The position numbers were made by a program, and so were the translations under genes. The notes under the pieces were generated by a model, which ran no database searches, was not told the DNA's origin, and worked only from the letters and a program-made list of their open reading frames with translations. DNA of 63,751 bases, the filler included, from Octopus bimaculoides (taxonomy: Eukaryota), in NCBI RefSeq assembly GCF_001194135.2. It is 7 parts of 6 records of this genome, joined end to end, with 100 filler letters (N's around TTAATTAATTAA, not from the genome) between each part and the next. Parts side by side here need not be neighbours in the genome. Positions count along the whole stretch, not along the records: positions 37,453 to 56,633 come from NC_068993.1; positions 56,734 to 59,704 come from NC_068992.1; positions 59,805 to 61,677 come from NW_026348391.1; positions 61,778 to 63,751 come from NC_068981.1; 3 more parts are not named here. One strand, given 5' to 3'. Within the stretch, counting starts at the first letter, position 1, and each line of letters opens with the position of its first letter. Positions 51,072 through 63,751 of the stretch are shown here, in pieces.

Positions 51072-51339
51072 CTGGAAAAGGTAAAAATAAATAGACAAGA
51101 TTTTTTTAATAGTGTACTCCAATTAGGGCATCTGCTACTAACATCTAGGGACCATATCATCTAGATACAACTGATGACTGGATACTGTATAGTCTACTCA
51201 CAACAGTAAAAGAAGTGCTGTTTAGTCTGTTTACAACTGACCAGGTATTACCAAATGTTCAAGGCCTTAATTGACCCAAGGCTATAGTAATTTAGTAGAA
51301 AAGACTCGCCCTAAGTGCCAAACAGTGGAACTGAACCCG

Positions 51340-52000
51340 AATGTAGATGGCTACATATTTTATGTCAAGAGTAGTGAAAGGACACCTAAAAAAACTTATG
51401 CAGTGAGGCAAAAAAAGGGTTCTTTTTTTTCAGAGTACATGGGAGATAACTACAAACAGGTTTCAGTTTTATTAAACCTCATCAGTAAAACAGAATTTAC
51501 TGTAGTTGCTACAGTAGTGAACGAAGAACAGCTCAGTAAATTTTTAAAATCATACATTGGTCATATTGGAACAATAGAAATTTCTAGAGAATAAATAACC
51601 CAGGGTTGTCATCGGCATCAAAATCAATAGTCAAGTTAGTATTGATATGTTTAAAGCAGTGAGTATTAACAGTGTTATTAATCATATTTCTTCTGAAATA
51701 CACCCAATTTCTTTCAATTAATTCTAAAAATTATGAAAAATTAAATAAAATAGCTTCATACTCATTAAGCTGGGTTTGGGACATAAAACAACATGAACAT
51801 TTGAAGAAAGGTTTTAATTTACATCACTTAATAAAACAAGGAGTTTATATCCATAAAACCAGGGGTAATTTCAAGGATGTTAGTATGGAAAAGATTAAAA
51901 GGCTAACTAGAAATAATTATACAGTGGTTCGGGGAAGCAATATTAATCAGTTTAATGGATTAAATATTTAATCCATTGCATTAAATACCTCTTGTAGATG
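51340..52000 (+). mobile_element. Decayed LINE ORF1-like remnant (I/Nimb-like RRM region)
   Basis: TVVNEEQLSKFLKSYIGHIGTIEISR/PRVVIGI resembles I-clade ORF1; frameshifted. Recognition is from memory only. Confidence 0.3.
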
Positions 52001-52444
52001 TAGATGTTAACTATTTTTTTAAGACATTTGTAGAGATTGCAGAAGAATAGGTTTATTCTCACACATAAATTTAACCTTGTTTCAATGAAAAATAATCCCC
52101 CAAAAATCAACAAATATGATTACTTTTTTTATTTTTGTTTGTATTTTTTTAATGGTCCTATCCATTGATAAAGTTTGAAACAAACATTCACAGTGTGTTT
52201 TTCTGACACTTTAAGACAGTCTAACAAAGTTAAAATTTCAAGTGGTTAATGTTTACTAACAAAATCTCAAAAATAACTCAAAATTTGATAAATCTTTTCA
52301 CTTTGAGATTTAAATATAAATTTACATCACTGACTCAATGGAGATTTCAGGAAAAAAAAACCACAACAAAAAATGTGACATTATCAAAACAATTTTGCAA
52401 AAATTTAGCAAACATGTTCCAAAAGTTTGCATAAGATATATAAG

Positions 52445-53210
52445 CACTGGCATGTATGAGTGGTTAAGATGTTAGCTTTCTAACTATGTTGCTTCTAGTT
52501 AATTCCACTGCATAGTACCTTGGGCAAGTACCTTCTACTATAGCCATGGGCTAACCAAACAAAGTCTTGTTAAAGGATTTGGTAGATAAAATTACTGAAA
52601 GAAGCCCATCATATCATCATCATTTTAATCTCCACTTTCCCATGCTTGAATGTGTTGGATGGACTTTACTGAAGCAGATTTTCTATGGCTGGATGCCCTG
52701 CCACTCATCAAACCTTATCTGTTTCTAAATGAGGTCAGACATGCTTGCACAGAGTATTAGAAATGAATGACACTGCTTGTATGACAGTGACACTCATTTA
52801 CAACTATTGTGCAATGTCAAGAGAGACAGAAAGAAACAAACACACATTTACACAAACATATATATATACACACACACACATTTACACAAACATATATATA
52901 TACACACACACAAACTAGCAATGCACCCCGGCGTTGCCCAGGTGTTACGACCTACAGTCACATTGTATTATTTGTTCCTTTTTTATGGGCAGAATCGGCA
53001 CACAAGGAGTATGAAGCAAACAACTCTTCTTTATAAGCATGTTTTGGGTCATTTTCTGATGAATAACGCTGCAGTTTCTGTCTACCAAATTCAGTCACAA
53101 GTCTGTAATTGGCCTAGGGCTATAGTAGAAAACACTTGCCCAAGGTACCATGCAGAGGAACTGGATGTGGAACCATGTGCTTGGGAAGCAAACTTCTCAA
53201 CCACACAGTC
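52445..53210. mobile_element. SINE B (plus), family D (minus) and SINE B (minus)
   Basis: Consensus matches. Confidence 0.7.
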
Positions 53211-54645
53211 ATTCTCATATTTAATATGTGTGTGTGTTTACATTTGTTCTTAAATCGAGTATTGTGTCCCCCACTATATCTCAAAGTTCATCAAGCAGAG
53301 ATCTAGAAAAATAAATGCCAGATTGAAATATATACTGAGGTCAGTAGGATCAATAAAATTTTTCAAGGTGATAGCGCATCATGGCAACAGTCGAAGGACT
53401 AAACCCAGTGAAGTAATGTTTAAAGACTTAATGGCTTCAAATTTAAGGTAATGGATTACTAACCATAAGATAATGAGTTCAAAACTTTGTATTGAATTTC
53501 CACTCTACATGATGACACTATATGTACATCTCAGTGTACTTGACTTCCAGCAATTAACAATTGTAATTTAAAGTTGAATGGTTAGCAGTAAGAAAGCTGT
53601 CTAGGTTTCTTTAAAAATTCTTGTGCAAAATATTCTGAGAAAAAGTAATTTTTTCACCACAACAAAACACACACACACAGGTGTCTCTGTGGCAACTTGA
53701 GTTACTAGAAATAGTAGCCAAATCTCTCTCTTAAAACACACCCTTTCACCAAAAGAGCGTCACAAATTTACAGAATTTCAGGAAGAAGAAAAAGAATTAC
53801 TATGCGATGGGTCTGGTACATCAGAGGCAACACTGGGCTAAACAAAACACAGACAACCATACTTCACATAAAGAGATTATCTACTAAATAATACTACTAA
53901 AGTCGACAGTATATCTTTAAAGTTTCATTCCCTGGTACAGCGCCATGTATTTTGAACATTTTCTCATTATGCTCTCTGTGAGATATAAAGCTAAGGAAGG
54001 CAGAGTTACCTCCCTTAGCTAAAGCCCTCAAAATTGTGCGACCTGACATCGTTTTCGAGATTATTTTGTAGTAAAAAGAGTTATTGTGCAAAAAACATCC
54101 TTTATATGGTAGCCGAAAGATTAATGAATCTTTTGATACCTCATACGCCAAAATCGGCAACTCAGTTTCCGAATCCTTAAGGAACATACACACACAAGGC
54201 TCACACTTGTAGACAGACACCTCTGCCCATAGCAGTGAGCAGGGATATGGTCCAGGGGGATGCCAAGAATGCTGGAGATCTCCACTACCACAAGCTTGGC
54301 CATAAACATGACAGAGTGACAGATACCTTGACAGTTTGCTTTTCTTAGCCTGACGAACTAAGCTGCTGCTGAAGGTGTCACAGCATCTGGAATCCCAGAT
54401 GAAGAGGAAAACTGTCACACTGTTTTAGTGTTGGTGCCATGACAAAATGCTCCTAGTACACTTCAAATAACAACCAACGGGAACACACACACACACAAAC
54501 TGTTTTATTATATAAGATACATATATTTACATAAATACACACACACACACACATATATATTTATATATACATATATATATTTACATAAACACACACACAC
54601 ATATAGATATATACATATATACATACACACACACATAAAAACATT

Positions 54646-54689
<44 letters not shown>

Positions 54690-54950
54690 AAAACATATAT
54701 ATACATATATTTATACAAATGCTCACACACACGCAATAAGTCTGTTTCAGTTTCCGTGCACCAAATTGACTCACAAGTTTTGGGTCAGGCCAGCGCTATA
54801 GTAAAGACACTTGCCAAAGATACCATGTAGTGGGACTGAATACAAAGCCATGTGGCTAAGAAGAAATTAAAATTAAAATCAACTGAAACATACCGTATTT
54901 CAGCAGAAATACGGTAATGAAAGTGTTCAACAGCCAGTTTGAGAGTTCTA

Positions 54951-55159
54951 CAGGGTGTCCACAAAGTCTGGGTACATGGGGATTAAGACTACTTTAAGAA
55001 ATTATTTTTTATATTTAATCGTTTATGTTATCATTTTATTTACTCCATGTACCCACATGGGGATTAACACATACTTCAAGAAATTATTATTTTTTTATAT
55101 TTAAGTGTTTATATTATGATTTTATTTACTCCATGTACCCAGACTTTGTGGACACCCTG
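54951..55159. mobile_element. Tc1/mariner-type MITE with perfect 29-bp TIRs, TA TSD and an internal tandem duplication of about 80 bp
   Basis: ta|cagggtgtccacaaagtctgggtacatgg ... ccatgtacccagactttgtggacaccctg|ta. Confidence 0.92.
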
Positions 55160-55514
55160 TATTTTTTTTAACAGTTTCAGTCACTGGACTGTGGCCAAAA
55201 CAAGGAGAATAATACAAGTAATATGGTCCTAAATTGGTAGGTCAATTTGAACATTAAAAAGACTGCCTTATAATATTCACTCTAATTCTCAGCATTCTAC
55301 CCTTCATACTTTTGAGATCAACAGTGGATTGGGAGAACTGATACAGGGTCAGATGCAATGAGTAGTGGCAACTGATTTGGTGCTTTTTGTTCTGATAGTA
55401 ACGACATTGGTGCCAAACTGTATCAGCCCAAACTAGTGGGGGCTTTTCACTTGGATAAGCATCAGGGGGAAACTTGCATACATAGATAACAGTTAGTTTA
55501 TTTTTTTTTTTTTT

Positions 55515-56600
55515 TTTTACTTGTTCCAGTCATTAGACTGTAGCCATGCTGGGACACCACCATGAAGAATTTTTAGTTGAATGAATTGACCCCAATACTT
55601 ATTTTTTAAAGCCTGGTACTTATTCTATCGGTCTCTTTTACCAAACCAATAAGTTACAGGAATGTAAACACACCAACACTGGTTGTCAAGTGGTGGCAGG
55701 GGACAAACACAGACACACATACATGTGTGTGTGTTTTTTTTTTTTTCAGCTTCTGTCAACCAAATCTACACACAAAGCTTTGGTCTGTCTGGGGCTATAG
55801 TAGAAGACACTGCTGAAGATGCCATGCAGTGGGACTGAACCTGGAACCAAGCTTCTAAACCACAAAGCCACACCTTTTTTTTATTTTACAAAAAAAAAAC
55901 TCTAGTCTTGGACTACACAGCTACAGAGGAATGCTCGAACCTGACTGACAGAGACCCAAGATATATCTGAATAAAAGAGACAAGATGTTTATCACTGGAA
56001 CATCTTTGGTCACATATCTGCTCAACCCAGGCTACGCTCGGCATGAGCTAAAACAACAATACTAACAACTATGTGAAGGTATCAATGTGCAAGTTGAGTG
56101 ACAATAAGAATAATCATCATCATCATTTTAGTAGCCATTTTTTCATGCTTGGATAAGTCGGATAGAATTTGTTGGGGTAGATTTTTTAATGACCAAATGC
56201 CCTTCTTGTTGCCAACTCTCATTTGTTTCTAAACAAAGGTCATATTTCTCCATGGCCGAATACGTTTATACGGAAAACTGGAAACAAATGGCACCACTGG
56301 TATGATGACAGTGACACTTGTTTACAAGACAGGATTCTTTTAGTTTCCATCTACCAAATTTACTTACAAGGCTTTTTTGGTCAGCCTGGAGCTACAGTAC
56401 AAGATACTTGTCTGCAATGCTACACAGAGGCGTAGGAGTGGCTGTGTGGTAAGTAGCTTGCTTACCAACCACATGGTTCCCGGTTCAGTCCCACTGCATG
56501 GCACCTTGGGCAAGTGTCTTCCACTATAGCCTCGGGCTAACCAAAGCTTTGTGAGTGGATATGGTAGACGGAAACTGAAAGAAACCTGTTGTATATATGT
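55515..56600. mobile_element. SINE B (minus, 55515-55870), family D (minus, 56120-56320) and SINE B (plus, 56428-56600)
   Basis: Consensus matches. Confidence 0.8.
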
Positions 56601-56942
56601 ATGTATGTATATATATATATATATATATATATANNNNNNNNNNNNNNNNNNNNNNNNNNNNNNNNNNNNNNNNNNNNTTAATTAATTAANNNNNNNNNNN
56701 NNNNNNNNNNNNNNNNNNNNNNNNNNNNNNNNNCTTGACCAATATATCTTCCTCAACGACAATCACCGGAAAAAGCCACTACCACCACAACAATCAGCAA
56801 CATCGCTGCCTCCACCTCAAATACTACCTCCAACACACAGTAACCACCATGAACTTGCATCGTGTACCACGGAAACACCACTACCACAACCACTATCTCA
56901 GTATAACAGCATTATTTCTTCCACAGCAACAGCAAACACCTA

Positions 56943-56984
<42 letters not shown>

Positions 56985-57054
56985 CAACCAGCCAACAACA
57001 ATCACCAGTACCACCACCTCTACTACTACGCCGTCAGCAATAATACCCTATTAA

Positions 57055-57480
57055 CTAAGTGTGGCTTAGTAGTTAGGGTTTTTGGCTCACGATTGTAAGG
57101 ACGCAAGTTCGATCCCCGGCTGTTCTTTGTGTCGTTGAGCAAGACACTTTCATGTCTCGTTACTCCAGTTCACTGAGGTGACAAAAATGAGTCGTACGTA
57201 GGGTTGCTGAAAAGTTCCTGGCTTTGGGTAAAAGAAAATACAGAAGGATCAGTTAATAATGATTTTATCCAACATATTCCCCTCTCAGTTTCACACACTT
57301 ATTGCAGCGGTCCTTCAGTTTCTCTAAGCCCTGCAAAAGAACTCAGAAGGTCTGGCCTCCAGCCAGGCCTTTCACAAAACCCTTAAAGCCAGGAAACTTT
57401 TCAGCACCTCATCACACCTATATTTCAAAGGTCCAACCTTGTCATATTCTGTGTCACACTGAACATCCTTGAGCGTGACA
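57055..57480 (+). mobile_element. SINE family C interrupted by a mariner MITE (57197-57411)
   Basis: MITE ends gtagggttgctgaaaagttcctggcttt ... aaagccaggaaacttttcagcacctc; the SINE resumes at cctatatttcaaagg, as in the intact copy at about 27385. Confidence 0.85.
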
Positions 57481-57565
57481 GACATTAAGGTTACCCACAT
57501 CCTTAGAAAAACCCGACTAATTTAAATGTTTGTATCGTATTATATGCAGGTATTTCTCTACTTAC

Positions 57566-57660
57566 CTCGCCACTTCCCCTCCCCTATACTTTCAGTTATA
57601 CTGTAACATCGCCTAATCTTCACTTGCCCCAGGGCGCGGAGTGTGTCTCGTCAAGTGATT
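57566..57660 (-). other. Possible 5' non-coding exon or promoter region (MED16?)
   Basis: Locally GC/CpG-rich stretch ending in a perfect donor GAG|GTAAGT (57565). The phase-2 frame needed to join the MED16 exon has a stop, so it would be UTR. It lies beyond the 56678 join. Confidence 0.25.
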
Positions 57661-57816
57661 GCAACAAACATGCAACTTAAAAATAAATAGCAATGATAAT
57701 GATCATAATAATTGGGTTGTAAGAAAGCTCCTCGATATCTAAGGAAACTGGTTGTTCTTGGGTTTCGAGAACATTCACCTGGAATGTAAAACATTCGTGC
57801 ACACCGTGAATAACTA

Positions 57817-57878
<62 letters not shown>

Positions 57879-57879
57879 A

Positions 57880-58429
57880 TAAAGGCCCCGATGCAATACT
57901 AGGTAGTAGTTCTAACGATTTCCAATCTTAATTGATTGGAAGTGTTATCATGTACCTTGTTTTGTCTTGGTATAAAAGATGGGATACAGCAAATATTCTG
58001 CTCAATACCACAGATTTGCTTGTCAGTTGTTTGATCTTAACCAGTTGAGCATGTCCCTTATTGGCCGACGATGTGTGCATCTCTGATCACGAGCAGAAGT
58101 AGTGGGGGAGCATCATAGCCATGTGTTGAGAGGAATTCTTTGGAGTTTGAATAACTCACCTCTGGAAACAAGTATTTTATTCAACATCTTTAGACGTCAT
58201 TTATTTAGGGAGCGGGGCGAGCTACTCAACCTGAAGAAATTCTAACTGGGCCCCACCCGCAAGGTCATGCGTTGTTTATCTTGATATGAGCTCACTATGT
58301 CACGCACATATGGTTGTGATGCATGTGCTTGGTGTACCCTTATCAGACGGGTAGCCTTGATGAGTATATCGAGTTTCGTATATTTGTACCCCCAGTGTAA
58401 TTTTGATGGCATGCACTGCTCTCTTACTC

Positions 58430-58483
<54 letters not shown>

Positions 58484-58500
58484 GATAATGATAATAACAA
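57880..58500 (+). mobile_element. Interspersed repeat ending in (AAT)n (LINE 3'UTR or SINE-like)
   Basis: About 550-bp non-coding block between a (TAG)n tract and an (AAT)n tail. Single copy in this window, so the repeat status is inferred. Confidence 0.5.
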
Positions 58501-58637
58501 TAATAGTAATATATACAAACATACACACATACACACACACATACATATATATATATATACATATATAAAATTTGGGCAGTTTATAAGAGAAGGTTTACTA
58601 TATTGAAACTAGTTGTAGTATAATATTAATAATAATG

Positions 58638-58716
<79 letters not shown>

Positions 58717-58739
58717 TGATATATAATATTAAAATATTA

Positions 58740-59700
58740 AAGTTACAAGTAGCGGCTGGAATTTTGCCATTAACATCTAGGCACAATTTAGTTTGGATTA
58801 AATTATAATGGATAGTTAATTATAACTTGTAGTACAATATAGTGTGTTATTAGATCTTAAAGCAGGCTATATAAGTGTATAAGTTGACAATAGTAATTGT
58901 CGGCTTTGAATAAAATCCTAGAGGTAGGATGGCACACTATGGATCTCTATTCTGGCGAGGATTGTTTATAATTTATAACATGGAGTGCATAGAATATAAT
59001 ATTAAGTCCTAAAGCAGGCAATATTAATGTATTAATATATAACTTAAATATAACACATGTGGGTTTCGGAAAAAACTCCTAGAAATAATTATTCCTATTA
59101 CAATAGAACGTTATTTATTATTTATAATTTATTTATGGTTCATATTTTATAGCATTATGTAGTATAATATTGGACTTTAAGGCAGGTATATCAATGCACG
59201 GTTTGCCAATAGTAATTGTGGGCTTTGCAGTGCCTCCTAGGATAATATAATTTATGTGCCTTGAATAATTAATATTAGAAATTTGAGTAATAATTGTAAT
59301 AGTCATAGAATATGGCAAGGAGTTACCTCCCCTATTGGAATTAGTTATAAAAAGAGAAAAATTATATTAGACCGGATAACGCTGGGAATGCGGTATGGAT
59401 TTTAAATTTTGAATTTTTGATTTCGTTCGATTAATTCATTATGTGTTTTTTTGTTGTTTTTTTTTGTTCTAAAGAAAGTTATTCCTGATGAAGTGTATGG
59501 CAACTGATATATTTGACTTAACATCGGATTAAATACATAGATATAAAAACATCGGCGTCAGATCTCTTTTTTAAATGTAAAAATTTAAGACTTTGGATAT
59601 ATAAACAAGGAGAACGATCCCTAAGGAGTCTAATTTAGATTTTTTGAGGTGAAATCTCAAGCTATATCGGTAACGATTACAGAGTTTACTTTGAAAAATT
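58740..59700. mobile_element. AT-rich decayed element with diverged internal repeats and a degenerate CTGATGA motif (Penelope-like?)
   Basis: Repeated aaagcagg..caatagtaattgt.ggctttg..cctag at about 58860 and 59175; cctgatgaagtgtat at 59485. Confidence 0.3.
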
Positions 59701-60019
59701 ATATNNNNNNNNNNNNNNNNNNNNNNNNNNNNNNNNNNNNNNNNNNNNTTAATTAATTAANNNNNNNNNNNNNNNNNNNNNNNNNNNNNNNNNNNNNNNN
59801 NNNNTTAGGGTTATAGGGCCACAGAACTCAGTATGCGTATAGAAATATCAACACTCCTTGTACCTATATATAAACATATACATATATAAATATTTATAAA
59901 TAGTGTGTGTGTGTGTGTGTATGTATATATCTATGTATATGTGCATATGCATATAAATACGTATGCATATACATCGTTACATTGTAGGAAATGTGTTTTT
60001 ATATATGTATGTATATATG

Positions 60020-60078
<59 letters not shown>

Positions 60079-60329
60079 ATGCATCTATGGATATATATAT
60101 ATATGTAGCTATCTATCTATAAATACACACACATATATATAATTCGTTTTTGTATTTGCTTTGCAAAATTCTTTATGTGAATTCGTGTGTTGAAGCATAT
60201 TTTATTGTGTCTGGGGAGAGACATTCTGTTTTAACACCTTATTTAATTAACACACTCACCGGTTCGATTTCCACTCATATATTTATTTTCTTAAAAATAT
60301 TCGTTGCTTCTTGCCTCCTCATTAATAGT

Positions 60330-60560
60330 CAACGACTATTGAAGAGGTTGCAAGACTGCGGCCATGCTGGGGCACCGCGTTGAAGAATTCTTTTTTTTAG
60401 TCGAATGAATGGAACTCAGTACTTATTCTGTTTTGTTGGTTTTCTTTAAACCCAGTACTTAATTCTCTCGGTCAATCTTTTGCCGAATGGCTAAGTCATG
60501 GGGACGTAAACCAGCCAGCACCGGTCGGTCAAGTGGTGATGCAGGGCAAACACAGCCACA
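60330..60560 (-). mobile_element. SINE B 3' part
   Basis: gactgcggccatgctggggcaccgc...gctaagtcatggggacgtaaac. Confidence 0.7.
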
Positions 60561-61104
60561 AGGACACACAGGCACAAAGACACTTGGAACGGCATTATTT
60601 AACCGAACAGAATATGGCAGTCCTGTAAAGGACGATGTTACTGTTGTTTTAGCCCCAGGAAAACATCTTTTCCAGCTGGCTATCGATACACAGTTTGTGT
60701 CGGTATAGAGTTTGCAAGGGAGGTCATCGCTCCCTTCTCTAGCCTTACGTGATACTCACAGACCTTAGGTTTCTGGGTAGTTACCCGTCCTCTGTGTGAG
60801 ACAATCACAGGCTAGTGACGAAGGCTCTCTCCACTTGTAAATACTATATATTATTTAAGCGACACACAGTCGCTGATCTCGTATAGAGAAAAAACAACTT
60901 GTTTTATCTCTCTGAGCGAGAGATATACAGTAACTGTACCGTATAGTAATGATTATATGCGAACAGAATGTGGCAGTCCTATAAAGATGTGCAAAATGCT
61001 GCAAAGCTCTTCGTGAGGTGTGCTATTCTGCCATCTCGTCGCCTTAATGATAATATTAACAACAACAATAATAATAATAATGATAATGATAATAATGATG
61101 ATAA

Positions 61105-61540
61105 TCTTTTCTGCTAGAAGCACAAGGCCTCAAATTTGTGGGGTGGGGCATTAGTCGTTTACATCGACCTCAGTACGCAACTGGTACTTAATTTATCGAC
61201 GCCCAAAAGGATGAAAGGCAAAGTCAACCTCGGCGGAATTTGAACTCAGAACGTATAGCGGCAGACGAAATACCGCTAAGCACTTCGCCCAGTGTGCTAA
61301 CGATTCTGCCAGCTCGCCGCCTTAATTATTGCCATAATAATAATAATAACAATAATAATAATGTGGAGGAGTTAAGCTGATTACATCGAACCTAGTGCTC
61401 AACTGGTACTTATTTTATCGACCGCAGAGAATGAAAGGCAAAGTCGACCTCGGTGGAATTTGAACTCAGAACATAGCAGCAGACGAAATACCGCTAGGCA
61501 TTTCGCTAGGCGTGCTGACGATTCTGCCAGTTGGCTGCCT
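61105..61540 (-). mobile_element. Two SINE family A copies separated by (AAT)n
   Basis: Near-consensus copies. Confidence 0.9.
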
Positions 61541-61777
61541 TACCTCTTGGGCAACATTCCCACGATTTCTCGAAGACCTGCCGCAGAGTAAATAACGGAA
61601 GACATACTCTACGACAAAACAAACAGAAATGCAGAGTGTTCAAAAAGTCTCTCCGCAGTAAGTATTTTATTGCAAAANNNNNNNNNNNNNNNNNNNNNNN
61701 NNNNNNNNNNNNNNNNNNNNNTTAATTAATTAANNNNNNNNNNNNNNNNNNNNNNNNNNNNNNNNNNNNNNNNNNNN

Positions 61778-61895
61778 CCAGCTAGAGCAACATGAAATAA
61801 AGTGTCTTGCTCAAGGACACAACGCGTCGCCGGGAATTGAACTTGAACTTATGATCATGAGCCGAATGCCCTAACCACTAAGCCACGCGCCTTCA
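61778..61895 (-). mobile_element. SINE family C head
   Basis: aaataaagtgtcttgctcaaggacacaacgcgtcgcc...ctaaccactaagccacgcgcc. Confidence 0.85.
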
Positions 61896-62189
61896 TTTGT
61901 ACTTATAGTACACTGGGCTATGTAGCAACAGATTTGTATGAAAACCTAGAAGTGTAGGAGTTCTCCAAAAGTCTCGGATCTTTGGTTTTCGTCACTGTTT
62001 ACAATTTTGTTCCAATTGTTTTCAAATTTAGTATATGGATTAAGTTTTGTATACTAATTATGAAAATGAAATTCATTTTCCCAATAAATCCATAATTTAA
62101 AAAGTTATTAGCCTTTAAAATTCGCAAAATTTAGGTATTTTAGCCACTCAGAAGCGAGTATTTTACATATCACCGTGGCGAAAATTTCT

Positions 62190-62285
62190 ATTTTCATAGT
62201 AACCAAAGCAAAGAAGAACCACGTGTTGCATAGCTGATTGCAAAGAATAGTTTCCATAGTAACCAAAGGTGTTGCGCATGCACAC
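62190..62285. promoter_or_regulatory. RFX X-box-like motifs and an NRF1-like site
   Basis: GTTTCCATAGTAAC at 62250-62263, a related motif at 62190-62203, and TGCGCATGCA at 62273-62282. May belong to a DNA transposon. Confidence 0.3.
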
Positions 62286-63090
62286 AAGAAGGAGATGCGA
62301 GAAAGATAATTGATTTTAGAAAATCCTAGTTTGATATTTTGACATATCGATGCCGCTCATCCAAACCCTGATGCTGGAAGAGGCAGTGAACGTGCTGTTT
62401 TCTGATTCGCTGAAAATTTTGAAAATGATCAAACTTTGAATACCTGTAACATTTTCGAAAAATTTTTCTTGAATAAATGAATAACAAATTCGGATTCAGC
62501 GTCAAAAATTATATCTATGTGATACATTAAAAAATTTCTTTTAATGATAATTGTAAATAGTGACAAAAACCACGAAGATCCGCAGTCTCCTGACACTATC
62601 GATTCGTGGAATAGGGAAAATTTGTATGATATTTCAAGGATTCTCTATTTGAGGTTCCTGAGTTGGATACAAAAGCAGTCACATGTATATATTGAATACT
62701 CGTTTCCACATATGCTTGTGATATGCATACCCTCCACATAAGAGTAAGTGTATAGACACGCGCATATGCAGACTCCAGCCTGCTCAAATATCCACAAACC
62801 GCAAAAATTGTCTTGACTTAAACGTAAGAGCCTTTCCATTTTGTTAGTGACCGGTTTGAATTCTATCAAGGAAAAAAAATTATATAAATCGACAAGGGAA
62901 AAATATTACCTACACACACACACACACACACACGCACATGCACACACACACACGCACATGCACACACACACACGCACACACACACACATGTATAGTATAC
63001 GCACAGGCATCTACATATATGGATACACACACATATACCTGCACACATATATACAGATACATATAACTACATATATAAATACACATATAC

Positions 63091-63127
<37 letters not shown>

Positions 63128-63751
63128 TATGTACACACACACGTATGTATGTACTCTCACACACATATACACATATACAAATACATATGCACATACACTC
63201 TTACGTATATATACACATACACACAAAGCAATAAATAATAGAATTTATTCATCGCTGCTGGTCAAAGTCAATCTCAGCTAAAGCTGGAAAGTGATTGATT
63301 ATCAACTAACTATATAGCCATAGAACACTAGCTTCTATCTTACTCTGTTGAGCATTGCATTGTAAATCGTGTGATCAATGAAATCTTCTTAAAAGAAAAA
63401 TTCTACGTATATTAAGCATCTCCGAGCAATGGCGTCTCTGCTTTCGTTATTGTAGAATATTTCCAGCGATGAAAATTTTATGTTGAAAAAGTTCAAAACA
63501 GCAGAACTAAAAACTTCCATATGGATGGTACAAATCTCATACTTCACAAAAAATACTACGATTGTTTTATTCTCAAAGATTTTCAATTTTTCATTTTATC
63601 TTCAAACACAACTTGTATTCATTTTATTTTATTGCGAGTCTCCACTGCACATTAGAGATATAAGTATTGAAATATACTACTACATGGTAGAAATACGAAA
63701 ATTATTAATAGAGAACATTACGACGCATTCCCTCTCTAGGTACACACACAC

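Noticed and set aside
50852-51160. Whole 102-aa ORF, with its ATG, as the MED16 start
   Set aside because: Only the part between the splice sites is MED16-like; the flanks are intronic read-through.
51201-51260. MED16 exon upstream of the gtgag donor at about 51200
   Set aside because: The only open frame ends in phase 0, but the next exon needs phase 2 (or 1); no similarity to MED16.
55230-55500. First coding exon of MED16 (reads ..TVIYVCKFPP..)
   Set aside because: No ATG or acceptor in frame, no conserved NLIAF-like motif, and no suitable phase-2 donor.
17728-61777. TTAATTAATTAA motifs as homeodomain or regulatory sites
   Set aside because: Always centred in identical 44N+12+44N gaps and giving stops in all six frames, so they are assembly linkers.

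Overview
AT-rich, repeat-dense animal genomic scaffold with many N gaps. The microsatellite load and the SINE/LINE/MITE repertoire look like a coleoid cephalopod, probably Octopus (inference, not searched). The only host gene I can identify with confidence is MED16 (Mediator subunit 16, minus strand). Two coding exons are visible (50894-51071 and 39747-39839), joined in phase across an 11,054-bp GT-AG intron; I could not find its first coding exon or any later exon. The rest is mostly tRNA-derived SINEs, decayed LINEs (Penelope-like, RLE/R4-Dong-like, RTE, CR1/L2, a gag-like ORF1 element), a mariner remnant, Tc1/mariner and piggyBac-type MITEs, and microsatellites. Six identical 100-bp gaps containing TTAATTAATTAA are artificial scaffold joins, so adjacency across them is uncertain. 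The most interesting signals are: a Penelope-linked terminal repeat carrying minimal hammerhead-ribozyme cores, a tRNA-like module and an (AAT)n tract that hosts another LINE; a 5'-inverted RLE LINE resembling twin priming; a perfect 71-bp inverted repeat just downstream of a MED16 exon; and a possible terminal exon of an unidentified plus-strand gene. Repeat boundaries are approximate, read by eye.
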